Shown here: piece after piece, positions 28,632 to 38,395 of the stretch
Position numbering within the stretch: position 1 is the stretch's first letter
Layout of the letters: every line of letters starts with the position of its first letter
From: an uncultured Spirochaetota bacterium
GTDB lineage: Bacteria; Spirochaetota; Spirochaetia; SZUA-6; DRHE01
Assembly (NCBI GenBank): GCA_963736785.1
Contig: CAVTQG010000053.1
Location: forward strand, 64,039 to 128,038
Length of the DNA stretch: 64,000 nucleotides
Reading direction: 5' to 3'
Made by a program: the position numbers and the translations under genes
Notes under the pieces: generated by a model
Told to the model about the DNA's origin: nothing
Database searches by the model: none
What the model saw: the letters and a program-made list of their open reading frames with translations, nothing else

Positions 28632-28660
28632 AGTATAGTACCCGCCGAGGGCGCCCGCAA
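28632..28660 (-). promoter_or_regulatory. Candidate sigma-70 promoter TTGCGG-17-TATACT, 10 nt from the ATG of the envelope cluster
   Basis: Minus strand reads TTGCGGgcgccctcggcgggtacTATACTaggtaccgccATG. The -10 sits inside the palindrome GGTAC-N8-GTACC. No SD. Confidence 0.4.
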
Positions 28661-28671
28661 GCTCGGGGCGG

Positions 28672-29964
28672 CTACCGGTGCTTCTGCGGCACGTAGGGCG
28701 GGAGCTTGCGGTCGATGAAGCGGATGTCCAGGCGCGCGAAGCGCGGCACCCCGTTCTCCAGAGGGACCGGCGCCCAATCGTCCCCGATGAGCGGACGGGC
28801 GTAGCGCAGGAAGTCGTCGGTCACGTCCAGGCCGTCCGCGGCTGAGCCAGTGCCGGGGGAGCTGCCGGGCCGAGGCGGCCACCTTGCCCAGCTCGCACCT
28901 TGTCGTAATAGGCCTGGTAGGAGGCGCCGGGCCGGCGGAGGATCGTGGCCATCCAGCCGCGTGCCCTGCTTGCACGCCGACCTCCACCGCGTGGCGGCCC
29001 ACCTCGTAGGCCTCCTCGATGTCCACCGGGGAGGCGTGGATCGAGGTGGAGCGCTGCAGCACGCCCGGCACCTGCCCGGTGGCGTAGCCGCGCGACTTCA
29101 GCCCGGCCTCGGTTCAGGTAGTTGACCACCACCTGGGCCACGGTCGCCTGGCTGGCGCCGTACTCGATGTGCCCGAAGCCGTCGTGCGTCTCGCCGAGGG
29201 CGCCCACGTCGAAGCCCTCGCTCACCACCACGATGCAGCGGCCGCTTCTCTGCGAGCTCGCGGTTCACGTTCTCGGCCATGCTCTCCAGGGTGTGGCCGC
29301 CTTCCGCCAGGTAGAGCTGCAGGGGCATCCGCCGCTCCGGGTCGGCCAGGCGGGCCGCGGCCGGGATGAAGCCGGCCTTGCGCCCCATGGCCTGCAGCAC
29401 GGCGACGCTCTCGGAGGGGCTCATGCCGCGGTTCTCCTCGTCCACGTCCTGGATGATGCAGGCCCAGTAGCGCGCCGCGCTGCCGTAGCCGGGGGTGTGG
29501 TCGATCAGGCGTGAAGCGCTCGTCGCCCACGTCGTTGTCGATGGTCTTGGGCACGCCCGTGCACACCAGGTCCACGCCCTGCGCCGGGCCAGGTCGGCCA
29601 CCTTCCGGGCCGTGTCCATGGAGTCGTTGCCGCCGATGTAGAAGAACCAGCCCACGTCGTGCGCCTTCATCACCTCCACGATGCGCTCGAAGTCCTCGGT
29701 CTGGTCGCTCTTCAGCTTGTAGCGGCAGGTGCCGATGGCCCCGGCCGAGGTGGTGGTGCGCAGCAGCTCCAGCTCGCGGCGGTCCTGCAGGGACAGGTCG
29801 AGCAGCTCCTCGCGCAGGATCCCTTCCACGCCGTGCCAGGCGGCGTAGAGCCTGCCGATGTGTTCCGGGAAGTCCCGGCAGCCGTCGATGACCCCCAGCA
29901 GCGAGGAGTTGATGACCGGCGAGGGGCCGCCGGACTGGGCGACGATGGCGTTGCGCTTCTTCAT
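28672..29964 (-). pseudogene. PPi/ATP-dependent 6-phosphofructokinase (long PfkA/Pfp type), about seven frame breaks
   Basis: Pieces spread over three frames: IVAQSGGPSPVINSSL, FFYIGGNDSMDTA, VCTGVPKTIDNDVGDERF, IDHTPGYGSAARYW, VVSEGFDVG, GYATGQVPGVLQRS, GWMATILRRPGASYQAYYDKV, and ADGLDVTDDFLRYARPLIGDDW...PQKHR*. Confidence 0.8.
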
Positions 29965-29970
29965 GATGGT

Positions 29971-31212
29971 CTACATCGCCTCCAGGGTCTTGAGCGCCAG
30001 GGCGGCCAGGGCCGTGATTCCCGGCTCCAGCGCGCGGTCGTTGAAGTCGAACTCCGGGTTGTGCAGGGCGGGCCAGCCCTCCCCCTGCCCGAGCAGGAGC
30101 AGGGCGCCGGGGACCTTTTGTAAATAAAAGGCGAAGTCCTCCGCCCCCATGGTGCGCTGCAGGCCTTCGTGCCAGGCCTCCGGCCCCAGGCAGGCCTCGA
30201 CCGCGGCGCGGGCCAGGGAGACGCGCTGCGGGTCGTTCACCACCGGGGCGTAGCCGTCCTCGTAGTCAAACTCGTGCTCCGCCCCGGCCGCCTCGCAGAC
30301 GCCGCGCACGACCTCCTCCAGGCGGGTGCGCAGCAGGTGCTTCAGGTCCGGGTCGAAGTAGCGCACGGTGCCTTCCAGGCGGGCCTCCGCGGGGATGACG
30401 TTCGCGGCGCTGCCCGCCCGCACGATGCACACGGAGACCACCGCCGGTTGGAGCGGGTCCACGTTGCGGGCCACGATGGACTGCAGGCTCGTGATCAGCT
30501 GGGCGGCGGTCAGGATGGGGTCGATGGACAGGTGGGGATTGGCCCCGTGGCCGCCGCGGCCGTGCACGACGACCGAGAAACCGTCGGCGGCGGCCATGGC
30601 CGCCCCGGGCAGGGCGGCCAGGCGCCCCTCCGGGATGCCCGGCCAGCAGTGCAGGGCGAAGGCCGCCTGCGGGCGCGGCTCGGCCTCCAGCAGGCCCCGC
30701 TGGACCAGGCGCAGGCCCCCGCCGATCTCCTCCTCGCCGGGCTGGAACACGAAGCGCACGGTGCCGGCGAAGCGCTCGGAAAGCCCGGCCAGCACCTCCA
30801 CCGCCCCAACGAGCATGGCCGTGTGGCCGTCGTGCCCGCAGGCGTGGGCGAAGCCGGCGTGTTCCGACTTCCAGGGCCGCTCCTTTTTTTCCTCTATTGG
30901 CAGCGCGTCGATGTCCGCCCGCAGGAGCACGCAGGAAGGCGCGGCGAAGGCCGACATCCGCGTCGGGCTTCGCGCCGACATCCGCGTCGGGCTTCGCCCG
31001 CGCACCAGGCCGGTCACGTCGGTCTCCAGGTACGGCGGCAGGAGCGTCACGCGCTCGGAGGCGAGCGTGGCGCGCAGCAGCTCCGCGGTGCGCCGCTCCT
31101 GCAGGCCCGCCTCCGGCATGCGGTGCAGCCGGTGGCGCAGCTCCTGCGCCCGCGGCAGGACCCGACGGACCCTTTCGCGAAGCTCCTCCGGCTCGATCGC
31201 CCTGGCGCTCAT
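29971..31212 (-). CDS. M20-family amidohydrolase (N-acyl-amino-acid amidohydrolase / hippuricase-like)
   Basis: 413 aa intact. Motifs LRADIDALPIEE, HACGHDGH, FQPGEEEIGG. Confidence 0.85.
   Translation of the reverse strand: MSARAIEPEELRERVRRVLPRAQELRHRLHRMPEAGLQERRTAELLRATLASERVTLLPPYLETDVTGLVRGRSPTRMSARSPTRMSAFAAPSCVLLRADIDALPIEEKKERPWKSEHAGFAHACGHDGHTAMLVGAVEVLAGLSERFAGTVRFVFQPGEEEIGGGLRLVQRGLLEAEPRPQAAFALHCWPGIPEGRLAALPGAAMAAADGFSVVVHGRGGHGANPHLSIDPILTAAQLITSLQSIVARNVDPLQPAVVSVCIVRAGSAANVIPAEARLEGTVRYFDPDLKHLLRTRLEEVVRGVCEAAGAEHEFDYEDGYAPVVNDPQRVSLARAAVEACLGPEAWHEGLQRTMGAEDFAFYLQKVPGALLLLGQGEGWPALHNPEFDFNDRALEPGITALAALALKTLEAM
30950..30997. repeat. Perfect 24-bp tandem duplication (GCCGACATCCGCGTCGGGCTTCGC x2) inside the M20 gene
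   Basis: Read directly from the sequence. In frame, it duplicates RSPTRMSA in the protein. Confidence 0.9.
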
Positions 31213-31278
31213 CCGTTGCCCCCCTCTTGCACAACCCTCGGCGGGGATTCTACTCTGGGCTCACTCGAAAGGATAGCC

Positions 31279-32638
31279 ATGGGGGACAGGCGGGGCAAGC
31301 GGTTCGCGGGTTTCGGGTTCGGGCCGATCCAGAGCGCCCTTTTCCTCTACGAGGCCTACCGCTCCGGCAACTTCGCCGCCTACGACGCGGCCGACGTGGA
31401 CGGGGAGCTGGTGCAGGCGGTGCGCGAGAGCGGCGGGCGCTACACGGTGAACATCGCCCGCCCCGACCGCATCGACCGCTTCACGGTCGAGGGCGTGCGG
31501 CTGCACGACTCCCGGTCCCCGGATGGCCGGCGGGCCATCGTGGAGGCGGTGGCCGCCGCCGACGAGCTGGCCACCGCGCTGCCCAGCGTGGCGTTCTACG
31601 CCGCGGGCGGGGAGTCCAGCGTCGCGGACCTGCTGGCCGCGGGCCTGCGGGCGCGCCCGGACCGGCGGGGCATGGCGAAGGCCGGCGCGGCATCCGGCGC
31701 GGCGCCCGGCCCGGCGCCACTGCTCGTGTACACCGCCGAGAACCACAACCACGCCGCGGAGATCCTGGAGGAGCACCTGCGCGCCCGGGTCCCCGCCGCC
31801 GCCCTGGAAGGCGTCCAGCTCCTCAACACCGTGATCGGCAAGATGAGCGGGGTCGTCACGGATCCCGCGGTCATCGAGCGCCTCGGCCTGGCCACCCTCA
31901 CGCCGGCGCTCCCGCGCGCGGTCCTGGTGGAGGAGTTCAACCGCATCCTGATTTCCCGGGTGCGCCTCCCCGGCTACCGAGCGGGGCATCGAGGTGTTCC
32001 AGGAGAAGGAGGACCTGCTGCCCTTCGAGGAGGCCAAGCTGTACGGGCACAACGCCATCCACGCCCTGATCTGCTACCTGGCCGAGCTGAAGGGCTGCCG
32101 CACGATCGCCGAGGCGGGCAAGGAGCGCTGGATCATGGACGTGGCCCGCCGGGCGTTCATCGAGGAGTCGGGCGCCGCCCTGATCCGGCGGCACGCCCGC
32201 CTGGGCGACCCCCTGTTCACCCCCGCGGGCTACGCGGAGTACGCCGACGACCTGCTCGCGCGCATGGTCAACCCGCGGCTCTGCGACCAGGTGGAGCGGG
32301 TGGGGCGCGACCACGCCCGCAAGCTCGGTCTGGAGGACCGGCTGTACGGCACCATGGCCCTGGCCCTGGAGGCGGGCATCGAGCCGCGCCACCTGGCCCT
32401 GGGCGCCGCGGCCGGCGTGGTTTCGCTGGTCCGCCGCCGGGCAGCGCCGGCCGGCGTGGTCCTGCCCGCCGGCGAGGAGGCGCTGGAGCCCGGGAGCCTG
32501 GGCGCTCTGCTGCGCGCGCTGTGGGGGGAGGCCGCTTGGCGGCCGCGAGCCGACCGCTCGGCCGCGCCGGTACAGCGGCTCATCAGTCTGACGGCCGGCG
32601 GCCTGGAGCGCCTGCGCGCGGAAGGGCTGGCGCGCTGA
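31279..32638 (+). pseudogene. Mannitol-1-phosphate 5-dehydrogenase (MtlD)-family protein, one frame break near 31975
   Basis: Collinear with MtlD: FGFGPIQSALF, TAENHNHAAEIL, VLVEEFNRILISR, then in frame 2 LLPFEEAKLYGHNAIHALICYLAELKGCRTI and VNPRLCDQVERVGRDHARKLGLEDRL. Confidence 0.7.
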
Positions 32639-32672
32639 TACGCTTTAAGCTACTATCTGCATCGGAAACGCC

Positions 32673-33227
32673 ATGAGGCTCCTGCTGGTCTACAATCCGC
32701 ACGCCGGACACGGCCGCGCGGGCGCCCTGTACCCCGAGGCGGCGGCCCTGTTCCGGGAGAAAGGGCTCGTGGTCGATCCCGTCCTCACCGCAGGCCCGGG
32801 GCACGCGGGCCGGATCGTGCGCGACGCGGATTTCAGCGCCTACGACGGCGTGGTGGCCGCCGGGGGCGACGGCACGCTCTACGAGACGGTGGACGGCCGG
32901 GTCATCGAGAAGGAGAACCTGTTCACCGAGATCTCCAACACCCGCTACACCTCCAACTTCCTCATGGCCCCCAGGGCGCGCATCGACGACGGCCTCCTGG
33001 ACGTGACCCTGCTCGGGGGGATGAGCCGCCGGCGCCTGCTGAAGTGCTTCCCGTCGATCTTTACCGGCGAGCACGTCAGCCTGCCGGAGGTGGAGCAGTT
33101 CCAGGCCCGCAGCCTGGCCGTCAGCACCCCGGCGCCCAAGCTGCTCACCCCGGACGGGGAGCTGGGCGGGACCACCCCCGTGGAGGTGGAGTGCCTGAAG
33201 CAGGACATCGAGGTGTTCTGGCGATGA
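32673..33227 (+). CDS. Diacylglycerol/lipid kinase-family protein (YegS/DagK-like) lacking the central ~120 residues
   Basis: 184 aa. MRLLLVYNPHAGHG...AAGGDGTLYETV runs straight into the C-terminal sandwich (FLMAPRARIDDGLLDVTLL...PDGE). The GT.NDFAR segment is absent. Confidence 0.7.
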   Translation: MRLLLVYNPHAGHGRAGALYPEAAALFREKGLVVDPVLTAGPGHAGRIVRDADFSAYDGVVAAGGDGTLYETVDGRVIEKENLFTEISNTRYTSNFLMAPRARIDDGLLDVTLLGGMSRRRLLKCFPSIFTGEHVSLPEVEQFQARSLAVSTPAPKLLTPDGELGGTTPVEVECLKQDIEVFWR

Positions 33228-33931
33228 GCGCCCTGGTGTCGGCCTACATGTGGACCGCGGGCCTGGTCGTGTTCGCCTGGTTCTGCCTGAACACCATCGT
33301 GGCTTCCCTGTTCCTGCCCCCCGGAAGCTACGACCCGTACATCAAGCGCATCCTGCGCCGGATTTTCCAATTCCTGTTCATCCCGGTGCGGGTGGAGGGC
33401 AGGGCCGGCCTGGACCCGCGCCGGCCCTACCTGTACATGTCCAACCACGTGAGCATCTTCGACATGCCGCTGCTGGGAGGGTGGGTGCCGGGCGTCCTGC
33501 GCTCGGTGGAGGCGGAGCGGCAGTTCCGCTGGCCGCTGTACGGCCTGGCCGTGCGCCGCCTGGGCAACATCCCCATCCGGCGGGAGGAGGTCTTTTCCTC
33601 GGTGGCCAGCCTGCGCAAGGCCGTGCGCCACCTTGCCCGGCGCCGCAGCCTGCTCATCATGCCGGAAGGCCACCGCACCCTGGACGGGCAGCTCGGGCCG
33701 TTCAAGCGGCTGCCGTTCCTGCTGGCCAAGCAGGCGGGCGTGGACCTGGTCCCGGTGGGCATGTCCGGGCTGTTCAGCCTGAAGAGCAAGCGCTCCTGGC
33801 ACATCCGTCCCGGCCCGCTGAAGCTCAAGTTCGGCGAGGCCATCCCGGCCGCCGCGGTGGCGCGCCTGTCCATCGACGAGCTGCGCGACCTCACCCGGGA
33901 GCGAATCCTGCGACTGGTCGAGTGGCCGTAG
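33224..33931 (+). CDS. plsC: 1-acyl-sn-glycerol-3-phosphate acyltransferase
   Basis: HX4D motif NHVSIFD and PEGHRT block. ATGA overlap with the preceding gene. Confidence 0.85.
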   Translation: MSALVSAYMWTAGLVVFAWFCLNTIVASLFLPPGSYDPYIKRILRRIFQFLFIPVRVEGRAGLDPRRPYLYMSNHVSIFDMPLLGGWVPGVLRSVEAERQFRWPLYGLAVRRLGNIPIRREEVFSSVASLRKAVRHLARRRSLLIMPEGHRTLDGQLGPFKRLPFLLAKQAGVDLVPVGMSGLFSLKSKRSWHIRPGPLKLKFGEAIPAAAVARLSIDELRDLTRERILRLVEWP

Positions 33932-33947
33932 GCTCCAGCGCTTCAGC

Positions 33948-35176
33948 TCATGCGGGTAGCGTCCCGCCTCGCGGGCCGTGTCGAAGGCGGCGGCGATGTT
34001 CTCCGGCGGCGTGCCCTGCTGCACGTTGTGGATCGGGTTGAACACGAAGCCGCCGCCCGGGGCCAGGAGGCGGACACGCTCCCGCACCTCGGCTGCAACC
34101 TGGCCGGCCGTGGCGAAGGGCAGCGTGCGCTGGGTGTCCACCCCGCCGCCCCAGAACGCGATCCGGCCTCCGAAGCTCCGCTTCAGCCAGGCGGGGTCCA
34201 TGCCCGCGGCGGAGGTCTGCACCGGGTTGAGGATGTCCACCCCCGCCTCGATGAGCTGCGGGATGATCCGCGTCACCGAGCCGCAGGTGTGCAGCCAGGT
34301 CTTCCAGCGCGTGTGCCGGTGCACCCAGTCGTTCTGGATCCTGAAAAAGGGCACGTACAGCTCGGCGAACAGCCCCGGGGAGAACAGCTCCGCGTTCTGC
34401 GCGCCGTAGTCCGTGCCGTCCAGGCCCAGCACGTCGATGTTGTCCCCGAGGTAGCGTCCCGCCTTCGCCAGGTTCTCGAGCGCCGTCTCGGTGCGCGCCG
34501 CGAACAGCTCGCGCACGTAGCCGGGGTCGCTCACCATCAGCACCAGGAAGTCGGGGATGCTGCCCACCCACGGCAACCCGAAGCTAGTCCCAGCAGCCCA
34601 GGAACAGGGCCTTGTCCGTGGTGCGGCGCAGGCTGCTCGGCGCGGGCCTGCAGGAACTCCAGCTCCGGCGACTGCAGGAGGTGCTCCCGTCGCACCTGCT
34701 CCAGCGGCGGCGGGGAGTAGTCGTCGTGGGCGGCGGTCAGGGCGGGCATGTCGAAGTAGAAGCCGTCCTTCGGCATGCGTCCTTCCACCGGCCGCGTCTG
34801 GGTCGCCTGCCGTGTGCAGCAGCCAGTCCCCTTCCGGCGAAACTTCCACGTCGAACGCACCCGGCACCAGCACCTCCGTGCCGTCCCACAGCCGCCACGG
34901 CTTCCAGCCTTCCCGCCTCAGCCCGAAGAACTGCACGGGCGGCTCCACCGGCAGCACGTCGATGCCCAGGCGCTCCACCACGTCCAGCTCCACCTCGCCC
35001 AGCATCTGGAACACCTCGTACACGCGCACCGGGCGGGTCTCCAGGCCCAGGTGCCGGCGCAGCCGGTCCAGGGGGTGGGCCATGATGCCGCTCATGATCG
35101 AGCCGCCCAGGTCCAGGGGCACCCGGTCCGGCTCCCGGAAATCGAGGGCCGCCAGCACGCGCTCGCGCGAGGTCAT
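33948..35176 (-). pseudogene. Uroporphyrinogen-decarboxylase-fold (URO-D/MtaA-like, COG0407) protein, paralog 1; about three frame breaks, stop unresolved
   Basis: MTSRERVLAALDFREPDRVPLDLGG...; middle part in ORF 34537..34860 (GRMPKDGFYFDMPALTAAHDDYSPPPLEQV); then HTRWKTWLHTCGSVTRIIPQLIEAGVDILNPVQ...FWGGGVDTQRTLPF...GGGFVFNPIHNVQQGTPPENI. ATG 35176 behind GGAGG. Confidence 0.7.
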
Positions 35177-35191
35177 ATGCCGCCTCCGTCC

Positions 35192-36019
35192 CTACTTGAT
35201 GGCGCCCGACGGAAAGGCCCCGGATGATCTGGCTCTGGAAGATGATGTAGACGATCAGCGCCGGCACGGCGGTGAGCAGCAGGCCGGCGAACTGCAGGGT
35301 CGGGGCGCCGGTGTACCGGCCCATGAGGGTGGCCAGGGCCACCATCACGGTGCGCTTGTCCATGCTCTGCAGGAAGATCATGGGCGTGAACAGGTCGTTC
35401 CAGGCGGTGATGAAGTAGAAGATGATCGACGAGGAAGATCGCGGCCCGGCCCATGGGCAGCACGACGTTCCAGACCTTCTGGAAGTAGCCGCAGCCGTCG
35501 ATCTCGGCGGCCTCCAGCAGCTCGTCGATGATGGCGCGGAAGTTGGCGGTCATCAGGAGGATGCACTCGGGCAGGAACAGGGCCAGGTAGGAGAGGACCA
35601 CCGACCAGTACGTGTTGACCAGCCCGAGCCTGGAGAACAGGACGTACAGCGGGAATGATCGTCACCTGGCGGGGATGAACATGGTCATCAGCACGGCCAC
35701 GTACACCACGCCCCGGCCCTTGAACCGGTACTTGGCGAAGATGTAGCTGGCGAAGGTGCCCACGACCAGCAGGAGCATCACCGTCAGGGCGGACACGATG
35801 AAGGAGTTCCTGAACAGGTTGAGGATCTTGAACTGGCTGATCATGGTCGCGTAGTTGGCCAGCTGCAGGGGCGCGCCGGGCAGGCTGAAGGGGCTGGTGA
35901 AGTACGTCGGCGCGGGTCTTGAGCGAGTTGTTCAGCATGTAGTACAGGGGGTAGAGGAACGACAGGGTCAGGACCGCCAGCAGCAGGGAGACCAGGATGC
36001 CCTTGAGCTTGCCGCGCAC
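35192..36019 (-). pseudogene. CUT1 ABC sugar permease (MalG-like), at least four frame breaks
   Basis: Fragments: RGKLKGILVSLLLAVLTLSFLYPLYYMLNNSLKT; ISQFKILNLFRNSFIVSALTVMLLLVVGTFASYIFAKYRFKGRG; LSYLALFLPECILLMTANFRAIIDELLEAAEIDGCGYFQKVWNVVLPM; MIFLQSMDKRTVMVALATLMGRY...IIFQSQIIRGLS. Confidence 0.75.
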
Positions 36020-36024
36020 GGACC

Positions 36025-36911
36025 TCAGCTCCAGTCGTCGGCCCGGTTGGCCACGCGCATCTCGATCAGGGTGAGGGCGAGCACGAGCAGGAGCAGCATC
36101 ACCGCGATGGCGCTGGCCATGCCGTAGTCGCAGCCGAAGCCCAGGCCGAAGGACTTCAGGTAGATCATGTAGTCCAGGGTGGCGGTCTCGTAGCCGGGGC
36201 CGCCGCGGGTCATGGCGTGCAGGAACGGGAACAGCTGGGTGAGGGTCCAGACCCCGGAGGCGATGATGCAGAACTCCAGCACCCGCACGAGCATGGGGAT
36301 CACGATCTTGAAGGCCCGCTGCCAGTAGTTGGCGCCGTCGATCACCGCGGCCTCGAACACCGACGGCGGGATGCCGACATGCCGCCCAGCAGCACGATGG
36401 CCTGCCAGCCGATGCTGAACCAGACGATGGCGAAGACGATCACGGCGAGGGCCGTGTAGCTGTTGCCGAACCACTCGATGGCGAGCTTGCCCAGCCCGAC
36501 CGCCTTGAGCACGGCGTTGAACGGGCCCGTTGTAGCCGAAGAAGATCTTGAACAGGAAGCCGATGATCACCGCGGAGATGATCTGCGGGATGTAGATCAC
36601 CGACCGGTAGAACCGCCAGCCCGTCACCGCTCGTACAGCAGCAGGGCCACCACCAGGCCGACGAAGACCTGCAGGGGCACGTTGAGCGAGGAGGAACAGG
36701 GTGTTGCGCAGGATCATCCAGAACGAGCCGCTGGATGACGAAGCGGACGTAGTTGCCCAGCCCGATCCAGTCGCTCCTGTACAGGCCGTCCCAGTTGGTG
36801 AAGCTCTTCGCGAGCGCGATGACGATGGGGTACAGCGCGGAAGACCGCGAGGATCAGGAGCACGGGAAGCAGGGAGAGTGAGATCTGCAGCGCGCTGCGG
36901 CGTCTGTTCAT
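36025..36911 (-). pseudogene. CUT1 ABC sugar permease (MalF-like), at least three frame breaks
   Basis: Starts MNRRRSALQISLSLLPVLLILAVF. Later pieces are WRFYRSVIYIPQIISAVIIGFLFKIFFGYNGP and PPSVFEAAVIDGANYWQRAFKIVIPMLVRVLEF...IEMRVANRADDWS*. Confidence 0.75.
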
Positions 36912-36930
36912 GGGCGGCCGGGCCATTGTA

Positions 36931-36964
36931 GCACACAAAAACACCGCGGCGGGAGGCCGCGGTG
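36931..36964 (-). terminator. Rho-independent terminator/attenuator between the binding-protein and permease genes
   Basis: Minus strand reads CACCGCGGC-ctccc-GCCGCGGTG followed by TTTTTGTGTG. Confidence 0.55.
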
Positions 36965-36992
36965 CCTGCAGGACTTCTTCGATGCTGCCGGC

Positions 36993-38290
36993 TCACTTGG
37001 GGACGGACTTGTCCATCTCCTGGGCGAACTGCAGGGGGGTCATCTTGCCGACCGCCACGAGCGCGCCTTGCGGGTAGTACACGTCGGCCGGGCCCGGGCT
37101 CGCTCAGCAGGTTGTCCACCCAGAAGTTGTAGGTTCTGGCATACTTGTGCAGCTTGGCGATGTTGGAGTTCGGCGCCCAGCCCAGCTCCTGGATGGTGAC
37201 GTCCGTGCGCACGATCGGGTAGATGTTGATCTTCTGCGAGGCCAGGTACTCCGCCTTGGAGTTCAGGAAGGACATCAGCTTGACCGCGATCTTGGGGTAC
37301 TTCCCGTTCTTGGGCATGACCAGGCTCTGGCCCGGCCCGCCGATGGTGGAGTTCTTGACCTTGGAGTTCGTGTCGAACTCCGGCGGCAGGAGGACGCCGA
37401 CGTCCGCGCCCAGGGTCTTCTCCGCGTCGGCCAGGAAGCTGGTTACCGCCGGCCAGAGGGCACCGTTGCCCTGCAGGAACTGGGAGAAAGAGTCGTTGGA
37501 GGTGGACAGGTCGGGGCGGAAGTAGCCGTTGGTGTACAGGCTGCGGTAGTACTCCAGGGTCGTCGAGCAGGCCCTTGTCGTCGGCGAACTTCTTCTTGCC
37601 GGCGTCCTGCTCGATGATCTGCTGGTTGCCGGTCATTTGCGCCCACCAGTAGTCACCGACCCAGCACAGGAACCAGGGCACGCCCTGGGCGGCCTCGTCC
37701 ACCAGGATCGGGGTCTTGCCGGTGGCCTTGATCTTGGCCAGCGCCGCGTCGAAATCCTTGATCGTCCGCGGCGGGGCGGCCTCGAAGTCCAGGCCGGCGG
37801 CCTTCACGATGGCCTTGTTGTAGAGCATGTGGCAGATCTGGTTCTGACCGGCCGGGTAGCCCAGCAGGGTGCCCTTGGGGTCGAAGTTGTAGCGCACGCT
37901 CTCCCAGCCCCAGATGCCCTTGAGGTCCTCCGCGGGGACCAGGTCGTCGATCGCCCGGATCAGGTTTTTCTTCGTGTAGATCGGCTGGCCGGTCCACAGG
38001 TTGGCCACGTCCGGCGCGTTGCCGGCCAGGACGGCGGTGTTGAAGTTCTGGTGGGAAGCGGTCTGGTCCGGCGGCACGACCAGCTCGACGGACACGCCCG
38101 GGTTGGCCTTCTCGAAGCGCCGCAAGGCCTGGGAAATGTACCACTGGTCCTGCGGGTTCTGCTGCTCGGTGGGGCCGATGAAGCTGTCGGCGCCGTGGAT
38201 CCAGACGGTCAGCTTGACCTTCTCCTGGGCGAACGCCAGCCCGACGGCGGCCACCAGGAGGAGAATTACCAGGAAGCGAATCTTGGACAT
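36993..38290 (-). pseudogene. CUT1 ABC sugar substrate-binding protein, two frame breaks (near 37565 and 37095)
   Basis: Signal peptide MSKIRFLVILLLVAAVGLAFA. Middle part STTLEYYRSLYTNGYFRPDL...SLVMPKNGKYPK. Tail ADVYYPQGALVAVGKMTPLQFAQEMDKSVPK*. Confidence 0.8.
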
Positions 38291-38317
38291 GGATACCCCC
38301 TCACTCTAGTTTTGACC

Positions 38318-38346
38318 AATCTACCCCAAATGACCGAAACCGTCAA
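38318..38346 (-). promoter_or_regulatory. Candidate sigma-70 promoter TTGACG-17-TAGATT for the CUT1/URO-D operon
   Basis: Minus strand reads TTGACGgtttcggtcatttggggTAGATT. A GAGGGGG SD follows before ATG 38290. Confidence 0.5.
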
Positions 38347-38360
38347 ACCTTGAGCGCTTG

Positions 38361-38389
38361 TTGCGCGGCGCGCCTTCCTGCACTATGCT
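38361..38389 (+). promoter_or_regulatory. Candidate promoter TTGCGC-17-TATGCT ending 6 nt before ATG 38396 (leaderless geometry)
   Basis: TTGCGCggcgcgccttcctgcacTATGCTgcggccATG, with no SD. Confidence 0.35.
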
Positions 38390-38395
38390 GCGGCC

